Positions 28,093 to 38,105 of a stretch of DNA of 64,000 nt are shown here, piece after piece. The notes under the pieces are model-generated. The model ran no database searches. It worked only from the letters and a program-made list of their open reading frames with translations, and was not told the origin of the DNA. The number at the start of each line of letters is the position of its first letter. The stretch's first letter is position 1. The DNA comes from a virus: the IMG/VR virus record IMGVR_UViG_3300050491_000011; one strand, given 5' to 3'. The position numbers were made by a program, and so were the translations under genes.

Positions 28093-31029
28093 CTGCATTG
28101 GCTGGTGAAGCTTGAAGTTCACTTCGATAGCGTCAACAACCGAGTACGTGCCATCGGCCTGAGATTCCAGAGCCTTAGCAATACACAGACGAGACGAAGC
28201 ATCCATCAAGGTGATCACGTCGTAGTCTTTATCAGCACCACCCAACCCAGTGAGACTAGCGCCGATAACGTCGTTAGCACCAAGGTTGTTGTAGATGTCG
28301 GTTTCGATCACGTTACGAGATACACGCTGGTTATCAAGACCTGCCACCACACGAGCAATCGTAGTGACTTCCATCGCGTCCCGAAGGTCAGTATTACCGT
28401 ACACCTCTTTGCTGACCCAGAGGGTCACTGTCAGAGACTGAGACGTGTGCAGGGTTACCAGCTCACTGTCTTGTACAGTTGCTTCCACGAACTTCAGAGT
28501 GTTGCGAGGCTGGAAGAACAAGTCGGTACGTTCGAACAGTTCTTGACGAACCGGAGCAAGCACTTCGTTGATCCACTCATTGAGGATCTGAGGTACTTCC
28601 TTCACGTAAGTCAGATCACCACCTTTGGTAGCGTAGCGATACACGCCATCGAACAAGCAGACATCCCACCAGTGGATAACGTTACGTTCCGATTCGTAGA
28701 TCGGGTTACCGTTCTCGTCGAGGACTGCGTCGTTGATGTAGTGCAGGACTGTCTTGTTGCCGTCGGCATTAAGAACGAAGTCGCCTTTCCTGTGCTTGAT
28801 CTTGAGTTGCTTGATACCATCAACCACTTCAAAGACCGGCTGCTTGTCAGCATCGAACTCGTAGTAGTTCTTATCCCACGTCTGATACACAACTGCATCG
28901 TAGGTCTGAACTTTACGCAGGCCTGCCAAGTCACGGCAAAGCGCCCACAGACCAGTCAGCTCATCGCCCAGCTTGATCGTCAGCTCTTCGTGGTAAATAC
29001 CAGTCGAACCATCAGGTAAGAGGAAGTCACCCAACACCTGATCCACTTCAGTAGTCTTCGCATCTTCAACAGCGTAATCGGACACCGACCAGATCAGCGA
29101 GAACTGGTTGGTCAGGTAAGTAGACAGATTACGTGCTTCAGGTTCGTACATGCTGAAGTTAGACAACGTCAGCTCATGGTCACCGTTGATGTCCCAGTTA
29201 CTGTCGAGACGGAACGTGTAGATACGCTCACCGTTCTTAGCGATCTGCACACCGTTAACGTAAGCGTAGTCACTCTCACCAACAGGTTTGAATGCAAGCT
29301 GTACGTGAACCTGATCATCTCTCAGCGCTTGCCACGCATCGTTAGACGAGCTGCGAACTGTCAGCAGATAACCAGCATCATCGCGAACGACAGACATGGT
29401 GTTGCTGGAGCTTACAGTCAAGCCCAAGGTATCGTTACTGGCGAGGAACGACTTGACGTCGATCTCTGGAGCGTTCAAGTAGTACGGCCGTACTTCGAAG
29501 TTGAAGTTGGCAGTGTCGAGAACGTAGTGCAGTGGAGTCCAGAGGTAAGTGCCATCGGAGACCTTGTTGATCAGTGGATCACCTTTCAACAGATCGATCG
29601 CTTTACGATCAGCATCCTTAACGATAGTCAACACGCCATCGATGTACCGATACAGAGTCTTCGGAGTCACCGTGAAACGCTGACCATTGTCGACGACCGT
29701 TTCGTATTGCAGCAGATCAGCGATAGCGAACTTGGCCGTGATAACAGCGGAGTCGATACCTGTGGTCGCTACACCTGCTTCGTTCACCGGCATGGCGCGA
29801 GTGGCGAGGAAGGTACGTTCGGTAACCACGTCTGTAGGCTTCATCGAGTCGAAACCCAATTCGTCCAGAGTGGTCTTCATCTGCAAGTCACTGACCGGGA
29901 TAACCGCATCACCAACTGCGTTGTTGAGAACACGACTACGACGCTGTTCAAACGTCGGAGCATCAGCACCACCACTGATCAGATCGGTGGAAACAATGCT
30001 GATTGTGTTCATCGTAGACAACGGAGCCTTATAGACACCAGCATCATCGTTATCAAGGTCGCTGTAAGTCGCTACGAACGCTTCCGGCGGCAGACCTGAC
30101 AAAGACATCGTCATCTGGCCTTTCGTCGTGTATACGTCAACACGGATGTCTTTCGTGGTGAGGTTGGTTGCGAAGTAAACGTACGGCAGCTCAATCGTCA
30201 GCTCGTTGTTCACCAACTTGTACAGCAGAGTCGGGTCAGTCGGGTCGAACGATTGGATGCTGTTGGTCGTCTTGATCTCATCCCACCCTTTGGTGGCAGT
30301 GTTACGAGAGAACGCCCGAACGTAGTAGAACTTATCAGTCAGGGTCAGAACCTTCTTCAGGGACTTGGCGCCAGACAGACTGTAGGTGTACGACGTCAGC
30401 AACATCTGCTTGATCGGCACATCCACACGAAGCATCTCAACGACACCGCCGTTGTTTGGATCAACGAGAGTCCTGACAGGTTGTGTCTTGACCTTGTTAC
30501 CCGAAAGCTTCTGAAGAGGCGATGGGCGACTGCCATCGTAAACCACATCGATACCACCGTTACGCTTCACGATGAAGTTGATAGCGTATTGGAAAGTGAA
30601 CGCGACGTTGTTCACGACAATCCGAGTGTGCTTCGGAATGGTCAGGCGCTTAGTGCCGGTATTGCCGACAGGTACAGCGCTAGCGATGATCTCATCGACC
30701 GAGAAGAACCAACTGAAGGTTCCGTCAGCAGGAGTATCGAACATCCCCTCGAAGTCTTTGTCGGACAGGTGATAGAACAGAGTCTCATCGTCCACAGCCT
30801 GAATCGGATACTGGCGTGTGTTGAGAACCTGGTCTTCCTGAATGCCAGCCAACCCTAGGACGACAGACATTTCCATCAAGTGAGGAAACGGCGCGGATGG
30901 GTTGGTTACAATCGTTGCACCGTCGAACGCTTCCTCGGTCATTCCCATCAGTAGAGGAATGATTCGAGTTGGTTCGTACTGCATCTCCGCCATCTCATCG
31001 AGAATGGTGGTGTGATCAATTGTAGTCAT
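28087..31029 (-). CDS. Large baseplate/tail structural protein (phiKZ gp87-like; T4 gp6-like wedge inferred)
   Basis: 980 aa, beta-rich; GGADAPTFEQRR resembles the gp6/baseplate-J GGxDxE motif; size and gene order. Confidence 0.65.
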   Translation of the reverse strand: MTTIDHTTILDEMAEMQYEPTRIIPLLMGMTEEAFDGATIVTNPSAPFPHLMEMSVVLGLAGIQEDQVLNTRQYPIQAVDDETLFYHLSDKDFEGMFDTPADGTFSWFFSVDEIIASAVPVGNTGTKRLTIPKHTRIVVNNVAFTFQYAINFIVKRNGGIDVVYDGSRPSPLQKLSGNKVKTQPVRTLVDPNNGGVVEMLRVDVPIKQMLLTSYTYSLSGAKSLKKVLTLTDKFYYVRAFSRNTATKGWDEIKTTNSIQSFDPTDPTLLYKLVNNELTIELPYVYFATNLTTKDIRVDVYTTKGQMTMSLSGLPPEAFVATYSDLDNDDAGVYKAPLSTMNTISIVSTDLISGGADAPTFEQRRSRVLNNAVGDAVIPVSDLQMKTTLDELGFDSMKPTDVVTERTFLATRAMPVNEAGVATTGIDSAVITAKFAIADLLQYETVVDNGQRFTVTPKTLYRYIDGVLTIVKDADRKAIDLLKGDPLINKVSDGTYLWTPLHYVLDTANFNFEVRPYYLNAPEIDVKSFLASNDTLGLTVSSSNTMSVVRDDAGYLLTVRSSSNDAWQALRDDQVHVQLAFKPVGESDYAYVNGVQIAKNGERIYTFRLDSNWDINGDHELTLSNFSMYEPEARNLSTYLTNQFSLIWSVSDYAVEDAKTTEVDQVLGDFLLPDGSTGIYHEELTIKLGDELTGLWALCRDLAGLRKVQTYDAVVYQTWDKNYYEFDADKQPVFEVVDGIKQLKIKHRKGDFVLNADGNKTVLHYINDAVLDENGNPIYESERNVIHWWDVCLFDGVYRYATKGGDLTYVKEVPQILNEWINEVLAPVRQELFERTDLFFQPRNTLKFVEATVQDSELVTLHTSQSLTVTLWVSKEVYGNTDLRDAMEVTTIARVVAGLDNQRVSRNVIETDIYNNLGANDVIGASLTGLGGADKDYDVITLMDASSRLCIAKALESQADGTYSVVDAIEVNFKLHQPMQA

Positions 31030-31031
31030 GA

Positions 31032-32102
31032 TTAGAGACCCTTCGTCAGAGCTTTGTACTGTTCGTTTTCAATCCACCACTGGAGTTCGTTCGTTTCCAG
31101 ATCGATCCATGGATAGCCGTTGTAGTTTGTCGCAGCGTAGAAGGCATAAGGCACTTTGGTGTATTTCTGAGTGCGGGTGGAATCTTGCATGCCTTTGTTA
31201 GTGCGAGCAATCCGGTAGTTGAATTCAAGCAACTGGATCGGATCGTTGTACACAGCGCCAACCGAGGTGAAGGTTACGGAGAGTTGCTTGTTCTCAAACT
31301 CAGCCGCTTCCTCACGGTTAAAGCCGAAGCCTGCACCGATGGAAAGGTTGGTCGGTACGGAAGCACCGGTGTGGAACCACTGAACGATCTTCTGCCCATT
31401 CGTATCCAACTTGAAGCGTTCAATACGAGTGAAGTAATCCATCTCGTTCTGAACACGTTGAGCTGGATGGGGGATGATCGGACCAATCCGAAGATAGGTC
31501 ATGTACAACAACCAAGTGTGGAACAATGCGAGAACCGCGTTGCCCTTAAAGTTGTTGAACGTACAGGTCAAGTCAAACCGACCATTATACTCAGCGATCG
31601 AGTCGTTCATAATCCAGGTCTCTTTAGCGATACCTTCAGGACTACTATAGATGTTGACGCCGATGTCAGGCGGTGAGCTCATGGTCATGATGCTGTTTGT
31701 CAGCAACGTGATGTAAGGATTCAGGTTATCCACGAGGGCCGATTGTTTGGCCGTCTTGTATGTTGTGGGGTCCAACATCATCCTTACAGCGTATTGATAT
31801 GACAGAGGGTCTTGCGTCATAAGCGCAGCGAGTTGTCGGACGGGCGATATGTTATCGTACGACAGGTTGAGGTTTGGGCGTGTAAACAACACCAAGCCTT
31901 GCAACTCTCTATGAAGCGGTAAAGGCGCTAAGTTGGGCAGTCGGTTGAGTCCGAAGAACATGTCGCTATAGCGGCTGAACTCGGCACCGGCACCCATAGT
32001 CCTGGAGATGCTATCAAGTAATGCGTAAGAGTTGTCGAGTCCGCCAGCGTCAGCAACGGACTTCATAATCGTGTTATAGAGAAAATCATCTGCTGTGGAC
32101 AT
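31032..32102 (-). CDS. Virion structural protein (phiKZ gp88-like; tail-tube-fold baseplate component inferred)
   Basis: 356 aa; GAGGT RBS; GLVLFTRPNLNL segment; gene order. Confidence 0.6.
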   Translation of the reverse strand: MSTADDFLYNTIMKSVADAGGLDNSYALLDSISRTMGAGAEFSRYSDMFFGLNRLPNLAPLPLHRELQGLVLFTRPNLNLSYDNISPVRQLAALMTQDPLSYQYAVRMMLDPTTYKTAKQSALVDNLNPYITLLTNSIMTMSSPPDIGVNIYSSPEGIAKETWIMNDSIAEYNGRFDLTCTFNNFKGNAVLALFHTWLLYMTYLRIGPIIPHPAQRVQNEMDYFTRIERFKLDTNGQKIVQWFHTGASVPTNLSIGAGFGFNREEAAEFENKQLSVTFTSVGAVYNDPIQLLEFNYRIARTNKGMQDSTRTQKYTKVPYAFYAATNYNGYPWIDLETNELQWWIENEQYKALTKGL

Positions 32103-32237
32103 GGGAAACCTCAGTCTTTCGTTTATTCCTAGAAATACAAAGAGAAGGGATGCGCCCCTTCACTGAAAACCATCACCATCCCCATCTATGCAGGCGGTTT
32201 ATCCATCGGCGATAATTGCCTTAGGAGTAAAATAAAG

Positions 32238-33446
32238 ATGATTGCTGAAATCCTCAAAGCTGCGGGTGCTGTTGCCGGAGGTGCGATCCTTCATGCAACT
32301 GCAAAGGCTATTGGCGAGAACGTAGCCACCAAAGTCGTTGACACCTCGCTCAATAAAATGGTCGATGTCTTGACTGGCCAATGGGCCGGCGGCGCTGGTC
32401 AGAACTACATCTCCAAAACCCAATCCGTGCGTATCGAACCGTTCACTCTGATCGATTCGCGTGCAGTGCGTTTGCCGTACATGAAGGACGTGATGAACGT
32501 CGCTCAGCGGCTGTTCACTTCGTACTATCTGTTGTCGGTTGCTTCTGACAACAAGGTTGGCGGCGTGCGCGTTGCGAAGTACCTCGACAAATTTGCACCT
32601 GATCGTGACTTGCACGAAGCGACGAAAGAGTTTCTTTCGATGGAGTCATATCAATTCGGCCTGCCTTTCGTTGGCGAAGCCGCTGGCCTGAACCGCTATT
32701 CGGACTACACCACCGAAGCGTTCGATCCAACCAAAGGCCCAGGCGCGCCAGCCCAAGGTAATGGCGCTACCTACGCTGCTGGCACCGCTAGCACCCTGAA
32801 AGACGTCGGTAACCTGGCTGTTGGTCAGATCGTTGACGTGAAGATTCAGGACGGTCAGAACTCCGCCACCATCCCAGTCTCCATTCGCATGCGCACCATC
32901 GGCATGGAACCGGTTACTCTGGTTGAACTGCTATCTCTGGTCGGCGCTGATCAAAGCACCTCCACCCGGTGGCGTAAGTTCAAGGTCGGCGAACTGACCT
33001 TGTGGAAAGACCTGGTTATGGCTCAAGACCGTATCGACGATTATCGCCGTGCAGTTGTGAACGACAAGTCGGGCTACTTCCGCAAAGCTCACAAGCGCCA
33101 GAACCGCGGCATCGTCGCCAACCTGCTGACTTCCCGCCCATCGATCGGCGACGCCACTTCGGTCTGCATCATCACCAAAGATACACAGCGTGAAGTTGAA
33201 GGCAAGATGAACGGTCGCTTCTCTGACTTCGCTACACGTCAGCAGATGTTCGAAGGCGGTCTGATGATGCTCCTGTTCGTTATCGACCCGGACATGGAAA
33301 CTCTGACCATCTACACCCGCGACATCGAAGACTACGGTGTTTACACTATGTCCGATATCAAGTCGGCTGGTCCTTCGAGCGGCAACACCGATCTGTCCGA
33401 GATCATGCGTTCCTATCTGGAAGGCAAAGTCCCAGGCCGTCTGTAA
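32238..33446 (+). CDS. Inner-head protein (phiKZ gp89-like)
   Basis: 402 aa; AGGAG RBS; SME cleavage-type motif; high-expression codon bias; gene order. Confidence 0.65.
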   Translation: MIAEILKAAGAVAGGAILHATAKAIGENVATKVVDTSLNKMVDVLTGQWAGGAGQNYISKTQSVRIEPFTLIDSRAVRLPYMKDVMNVAQRLFTSYYLLSVASDNKVGGVRVAKYLDKFAPDRDLHEATKEFLSMESYQFGLPFVGEAAGLNRYSDYTTEAFDPTKGPGAPAQGNGATYAAGTASTLKDVGNLAVGQIVDVKIQDGQNSATIPVSIRMRTIGMEPVTLVELLSLVGADQSTSTRWRKFKVGELTLWKDLVMAQDRIDDYRRAVVNDKSGYFRKAHKRQNRGIVANLLTSRPSIGDATSVCIITKDTQREVEGKMNGRFSDFATRQQMFEGGLMMLLFVIDPDMETLTIYTRDIEDYGVYTMSDIKSAGPSSGNTDLSEIMRSYLEGKVPGRL

Positions 33447-33472
33447 TCATCACGAAATAAGAGAAGAGTCCA

Positions 33473-34375
33473 ATGGATATCTTAAGCTGGGTTAGTTCCA
33501 TCCTCCCGACCTTCGGGAAGAAAGACGTGCGTGAGAAGTTGCGCACCATCTCGAAGAAACTGACGGACATCGTCAAGCCTTCGGTTGAGCTGTTTCGTGA
33601 AGAGATCAAGGAACGCCAACTGAAGTCTGCTTACGGTAAGTCCTTCTTCAAGGACATCGTGGGCGTTCTTCCGTCGCGTCTCCAAGGCGGCGATAGCCCG
33701 TTCAGCTTCGTGCTGACCATGGCGATCGACAACGCGGTCAAGCTGCTCGACCAGCTCGAGCAGTACGTTACCAAGAACATGGGTGAGACCATCCATATCG
33801 AAGGTATCACGTACCAGAAGGCGTCGGTGATTCGTCTCATCGAGATGATCGACTTCTTCGCGGATTACTCCAACCGGAACCTGTCCTACCTTGTTGCGTC
33901 TGAGACCAACATCGAAGCGTTCGACAAGCCCGACGGTAATCCGTTTACGCCTTTCGCCTTGAAGTATCTTCAGAACAACAAGCTGCCCTACATTCAAATG
34001 TTGGGCCTATTGCTGAATGACCCGAAGAAGATCATGGGCGACATCAACGGCATCCCGGAAGTCGTAATGACTGACGCCGGTGTCGGTGAAGTGCCTGCTC
34101 TGGCAGGCGGTGCTGCTGACCCTCTTCGTCTGGGCGCGTTCCCGATCGTTACCAGTGTGTTCCACTGGGTTGGCCTGCGTAACGTCGATTACGATATCGA
34201 GCGCTACGAGTTGGCCAAGAAAGAACGCCGTGACATCGAGATGCGTCTCGAGACTCTGCGTCAGCGTCGCTCGGGCAACCAAGACGCTCAGGCCGAAGTC
34301 ATCATCGGCAACTACGAGCGTGAGCTGACTCTGGCCCGTGCCAAGGTCACCACGATGGAGGAGAAGCTGCGATGA
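33473..34375 (+). CDS. Inner-head protein (phiKZ gp90-like) with a C-terminal coiled coil
   Basis: 300 aa; size and gene order. Confidence 0.65.
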   Translation: MDILSWVSSILPTFGKKDVREKLRTISKKLTDIVKPSVELFREEIKERQLKSAYGKSFFKDIVGVLPSRLQGGDSPFSFVLTMAIDNAVKLLDQLEQYVTKNMGETIHIEGITYQKASVIRLIEMIDFFADYSNRNLSYLVASETNIEAFDKPDGNPFTPFALKYLQNNKLPYIQMLGLLLNDPKKIMGDINGIPEVVMTDAGVGEVPALAGGAADPLRLGAFPIVTSVFHWVGLRNVDYDIERYELAKKERRDIEMRLETLRQRRSGNQDAQAEVIIGNYERELTLARAKVTTMEEKLR

Positions 34376-34887
34376 GCAACCTCGTATATACACACCGTGG
34401 CTTCCCATGCGTGATGGATATCGAGATTTCCCAAGGGGCTGTTTACGAAGCCCCTGAGGTCAGCACGATCTATCGTGAACGCATGCAGCAAACTCGCCCT
34501 GGGTTTGAAGTCGAACTCGATCAGGTTGAAATGCTATTAGGTGAGTGGACTCGTACTGGTGGCTTCTTCACCCCGAGTCTGCACCCGTCGGTACGTCTGA
34601 GCGGCTCTGTGCAGTCGTTCATTGCCGAGACAGCGCTCTTCCTGACCAAGCGTATCACTCGCCGTCGCGTCAGCTTCCAAGACCGCGGTATGCTGATGAA
34701 GCAAGACATCGCTGTGGCCACACGTCTCCCAACCTTCACTGATGACGAGCGTGCGGCATTGACTGAACTCTCTGGTATGAAACCAGAAGTTCTGATCCAG
34801 TTCTGGATCACCCGGCTGGGCCTGGACGATCTGTCTTGCTCCATGCAGTTGTATGTAGGTGACCGTTCCAATTCGGACATGATGTAA
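34372..34887 (+). CDS. Virion-associated protein (phiKZ gp91-like)
   Basis: 171 aa; ATGA overlap with the previous gene. Confidence 0.6.
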   Translation: MSNLVYTHRGFPCVMDIEISQGAVYEAPEVSTIYRERMQQTRPGFEVELDQVEMLLGEWTRTGGFFTPSLHPSVRLSGSVQSFIAETALFLTKRITRRRVSFQDRGMLMKQDIAVATRLPTFTDDERAALTELSGMKPEVLIQFWITRLGLDDLSCSMQLYVGDRSNSDMM

Positions 34888-34945
34888 TAATGTGCGTATA
34901 CGCCGTCGGTTGCGCACCGACGATTAATATCCCTAGGAGTTTCAC

Positions 34946-36283
34946 ATGAGCAAATCTCTGCACGCAGCCCTTCTTCAATACGGCGTCGAATCCGGCGAGA
35001 TCGAGCCAGAAGAAGTGATCTACCCGGCCGGTGAAGAAGAAATCACCGTCATCACCGACGAAACCATGTCGGACCTGGAAGAAGCCGTTGCCGAACTGGC
35101 CGACGACGTCGAAAAGGTTGAAGACCACGAAAACGGCGCCGAAAAGGTGATCGAGGCTGTTGAATCCCTGGAAGCCTACGTTGTTCAGTTCGAACGTCTG
35201 GGCGAAGCCGGCATCAGCATCAACACCACCGCGGCCAACTTCGCGCTGCAAGGCATCGTCGCTTCCCTGGAAGGCCGCAACATTCCTGCCGCCGTCTACA
35301 GCACCGAAGCCTTCGCGCTGCAAGAGTCGTTCGAAGCTGACGACAAAGAAGCCGACAAAGGTCCTGGCCTGCTGGGCAAGGGTAAAGCCCTGCTGACCAA
35401 GCTGTGGAACATGTTGAAAGCCGCTGCTGGCGCTGTGAAGCAAGCCATCATCGACTTCTTCGCCACCATGGGCAAATCCGCTGCCGCCATCAAGGCCGGC
35501 GGTGAGAAGCTGAAGCGTGTTGGCGCATCGATCAAAGACAGCAAAACTGTCTCCCTGAAAGGTGGCTCGTATAGCGCTCTGACCGTTGGCGGTTCGGTTG
35601 ATCCGATCAAGGCAATGGGTGACGTTAATAGCGGCTACAAGACCGCTGTTGTTGACAACATCACCAAGCTGCGCATCGTGGTTAACCCACTGGTGAAAGC
35701 TCTGCGCAACCCAACTCCAGGCGGCGTCAAGTCGGCTGCTGAAGGTATCGACGTCAAGTCGCTGGCTTCCGCAAGCGCTTCCCTGCCAGGCGGCTTCGTT
35801 GCTCACTTCACCGTTGGTTCGGGTGAAGGCGTTGCAGCTCTGACCGGCACTACCTTCAAGATCGAGAAGACCAAAGGCGGCGAAGCTGCTAAGGACTTCA
35901 ACGCTCTGTCCGGTGGTGACATCGTCAAGCTGGGTACTGCTGTTGTTGCCACTGCTGACCTGATGGTCAAAGCCAAGTCCGACGCTGACGCCATCATCAA
36001 GTCGAACGACGAGCTGCTGTCGGCCGCTACCACCGCGATCAACGCTGCCAAGGACGACGAAGCTCAGGGCGCTGCTCGCGAGCTGCTGAAGACCGCTACC
36101 AAGCTGATGTCCGTTACCAAGGGCTTCGTACCTACCTACGTTCGCTACATGGCTACCACTGCCAAGGTTGCGTACAAAGCTGGTATGGCCTCGGCTTCGG
36201 CTCACGGCAAGAAAGACAAAGCTGAAGACGGCGCGGCTGATAAGCCAGCTGACCCAAAGCTGCTGAAAAACGAGGACAAGTAA
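34946..36283 (+). CDS. Inner-head/ejection protein paralogue (phiKZ gp92-97-like family) with an acidic propeptide
   Basis: 445 aa; AGGAG RBS; GVE, SLE, STE and SFE motifs, then a K/A-rich mature domain. Confidence 0.75.
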   Translation: MSKSLHAALLQYGVESGEIEPEEVIYPAGEEEITVITDETMSDLEEAVAELADDVEKVEDHENGAEKVIEAVESLEAYVVQFERLGEAGISINTTAANFALQGIVASLEGRNIPAAVYSTEAFALQESFEADDKEADKGPGLLGKGKALLTKLWNMLKAAAGAVKQAIIDFFATMGKSAAAIKAGGEKLKRVGASIKDSKTVSLKGGSYSALTVGGSVDPIKAMGDVNSGYKTAVVDNITKLRIVVNPLVKALRNPTPGGVKSAAEGIDVKSLASASASLPGGFVAHFTVGSGEGVAALTGTTFKIEKTKGGEAAKDFNALSGGDIVKLGTAVVATADLMVKAKSDADAIIKSNDELLSAATTAINAAKDDEAQGAARELLKTATKLMSVTKGFVPTYVRYMATTAKVAYKAGMASASAHGKKDKAEDGAADKPADPKLLKNEDK

Positions 36284-36621
36284 AATCCGCCGAGGACGCT
36301 CCGGCGTCCGTCACCTCGAACGTTGAAAAGTTCGTTAAAGAAGGTGACTTGGACCACATTCGTACAGCTCTACGTTTGGAGCTGAACAATGCGAAGTTGT
36401 CCTCGAAGGATTTCGTTGAGATGGTTAAGTGGGTGAAGGCCAACGTCAAAGGGTTGTTCGTACCTTACGATGAAGGTTCCTTCGCCAGGGAGATGAAAGA
36501 GAGTAAGTCGGATTGGGACGAGGACTACTTCCATATGCAAGTAGTCTACCTGAAAACCAACTTCTCTGAAAAGCGTCTCCAACACCTCATCCGTGTTAAC
36601 GAGCACTTGTCGAAGAAGTGA
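36253..36621 (+). CDS. Start-less ~120-aa domain, probably the -1 frameshift extension of 34946..36283
   Basis: The -1 frame opens exactly at the slippery C_CCA_AAG (36253-36259); TTG 36349 has no properly spaced RBS. Confidence 0.7.
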   Translation, partial: PKAAEKRGQVKSAEDAPASVTSNVEKFVKEGDLDHIRTALRLELNNAKLSSKDFVEMVKWVKANVKGLFVPYDEGSFAREMKESKSDWDEDYFHMQVVYLKTNFSEKRLQHLIRVNEHLSKK

Positions 36622-36640
36622 TCTAATCGCTTCTAGTATA

Positions 36641-36670
36641 GCGGGGGTGGAAACACCCCCGTTCTATGCC
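36641..36670 (+). terminator. Stem-loop GCGGGGGTG-GAAA-CACCCCCGT followed by TCTATGCC
   Basis: GNRA hairpin after the extension ORF, not after the stop at 36283. Confidence 0.7.
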
Positions 36671-36729
36671 GCGTTTATGATATAGCTTCCGCTATCAACA
36701 CCATCCTACTTGTGCAACGGGTGATAACA

Positions 36730-38037
36730 ATGACACGGTTCTCCGACGAATTCAAACAGTCGATGCTTGGCGACGGTTCTTTCGAATCCGCCATCGTCGA
36801 TGAAAGCGCTTACCAAGAAACAGGCATCACTCCTGAGCTGGTTATCCAGACTCAAGAAGAACGTGCAGAGCTCGCTGATGCTCTGGATCAGGTTGATGAA
36901 ATCGGTGATGACCGTAAAGACATCGACGCTGCCGCTGCTGTAACTGACGCTGTTGTATCGGCAGTAAGCGCTGCTGAAACCATGCCCGCTGCTGCATCGG
37001 AAACCTTCGCTGAGATTGCGAACGTAACCATCGCTTCGGCTGCTCAAGTGCTGGACATGGAAATGCCTCGTCTCGAGACTGATCCACACACCGGCGCTAT
37101 CACCGAAGCATCCATGGAAAGCTTCAGCAGCTGGTTCTCCGGCGCTGCCAAGTCCTTCATGGAAGCCAGTGCGAACTTCTTTGCTCGTATCGGTCTGGGT
37201 ATCTCCCGTCTGAACGACAGCTCCCAAGGTCTGACTAAGCGCTGCATGCGCGTTCGTACCGTGATGGGTGATCGTAAAGGCAACGGCGGTAAGCCAATCA
37301 AGCTGAGCTCCGGCGTGCAGCGCCATCTGGTGCTGGGTGATGGTTATGCCTCCAGTCCTATCGAAGCTCTCACCGAGTTCTCGGTTACCAACATCAGCGT
37401 TACTCGTGTAATCAACGAGTACCACAAGCGTCTGGGTGATCTGATCAAGGATCGTATCTTCGCAGCTGTTGCGTCTGGTCAGAAGAACGACATCTTCGTT
37501 GACCTGAAGAGTTCCGACCTGCTGGAAGATCTCGAGAAGATCCTCGGCCGTCAGCCGAAGAACCTGATGGGTAACCAGATCTACGGGTTCAACGATCGCC
37601 CTGTCAACAAGGTGCTGACCGTAACCCTGCAATCGGGCATGCCTAACGCCATCGACCTGATCCGTCACCTCGATGCTCCGAACTCTCTGAGCAACGAACA
37701 GATCAGCGCGATGCTGGGTTCTCTGGAAGGTTTGATCGCTGAGCAACTGATTGCTCTCGAGAAGATCACCAGTCAGTCCAAGGCTTCGTTCAAGTCCCTG
37801 CAAGACGTGATCAAGAAGTTCAACGGCATGGCTGAAGAAGCTGAGATCGCTCAGCTCAAAGCCGGCGGCGCTGAAGCACCTGTTGCCATCAACTCGATGG
37901 AACTGCTGCGCGTCGAGAACCAACTGGTTTCCGAACTCGGCCGCGTCTGCGACCGTCTGGTTGATTACCAGCGTGACATGATCGACCGTATCGACTCGTT
38001 GTTGACTTTGGTCGAAGAGTCGGTCTTCCAAGACTGA
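36730..38037 (+). CDS. Inner-head protein with an acidic propeptide
   Basis: ~435 aa; SFE and ASMES motifs followed by an amphipathic FSSWF...FF segment. Confidence 0.7.
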   Translation: MTRFSDEFKQSMLGDGSFESAIVDESAYQETGITPELVIQTQEERAELADALDQVDEIGDDRKDIDAAAAVTDAVVSAVSAAETMPAAASETFAEIANVTIASAAQVLDMEMPRLETDPHTGAITEASMESFSSWFSGAAKSFMEASANFFARIGLGISRLNDSSQGLTKRCMRVRTVMGDRKGNGGKPIKLSSGVQRHLVLGDGYASSPIEALTEFSVTNISVTRVINEYHKRLGDLIKDRIFAAVASGQKNDIFVDLKSSDLLEDLEKILGRQPKNLMGNQIYGFNDRPVNKVLTVTLQSGMPNAIDLIRHLDAPNSLSNEQISAMLGSLEGLIAEQLIALEKITSQSKASFKSLQDVIKKFNGMAEEAEIAQLKAGGAEAPVAINSMELLRVENQLVSELGRVCDRLVDYQRDMIDRIDSLLTLVEESVFQD

Positions 38038-38054
38038 TCTCACTGACCTGCGTG

Positions 38055-38085
38055 GGGAGGGGTCAGCCCCTCCCTTCGTATGCCG
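38055..38085 (+). terminator. Stem-loop GGGAGGGG-TCAG-CCCCTCCC followed by TTCGTATGCC
   Basis: Perfect 8-bp stem, intergenic. Confidence 0.6.
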
Positions 38086-38105
38086 CTTATTCAAGGTGCT
38101 AGACC

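Noticed and set aside
32103..32237. Possible ncRNA or tRNA in the divergent intergenic gap
   Set aside because: Only a short GAAGGG/CCCTTC hairpin and promoter/RBS-like sequence; no cloverleaf or extended structure visible.
36349..36621. Independent 90-aa gene starting at TTG 36349
   Set aside because: The RBS-like AAGGTG is only 2 nt from the TTG, and coding-like sequence continues upstream to the slippery site; a frameshift extension fits better.
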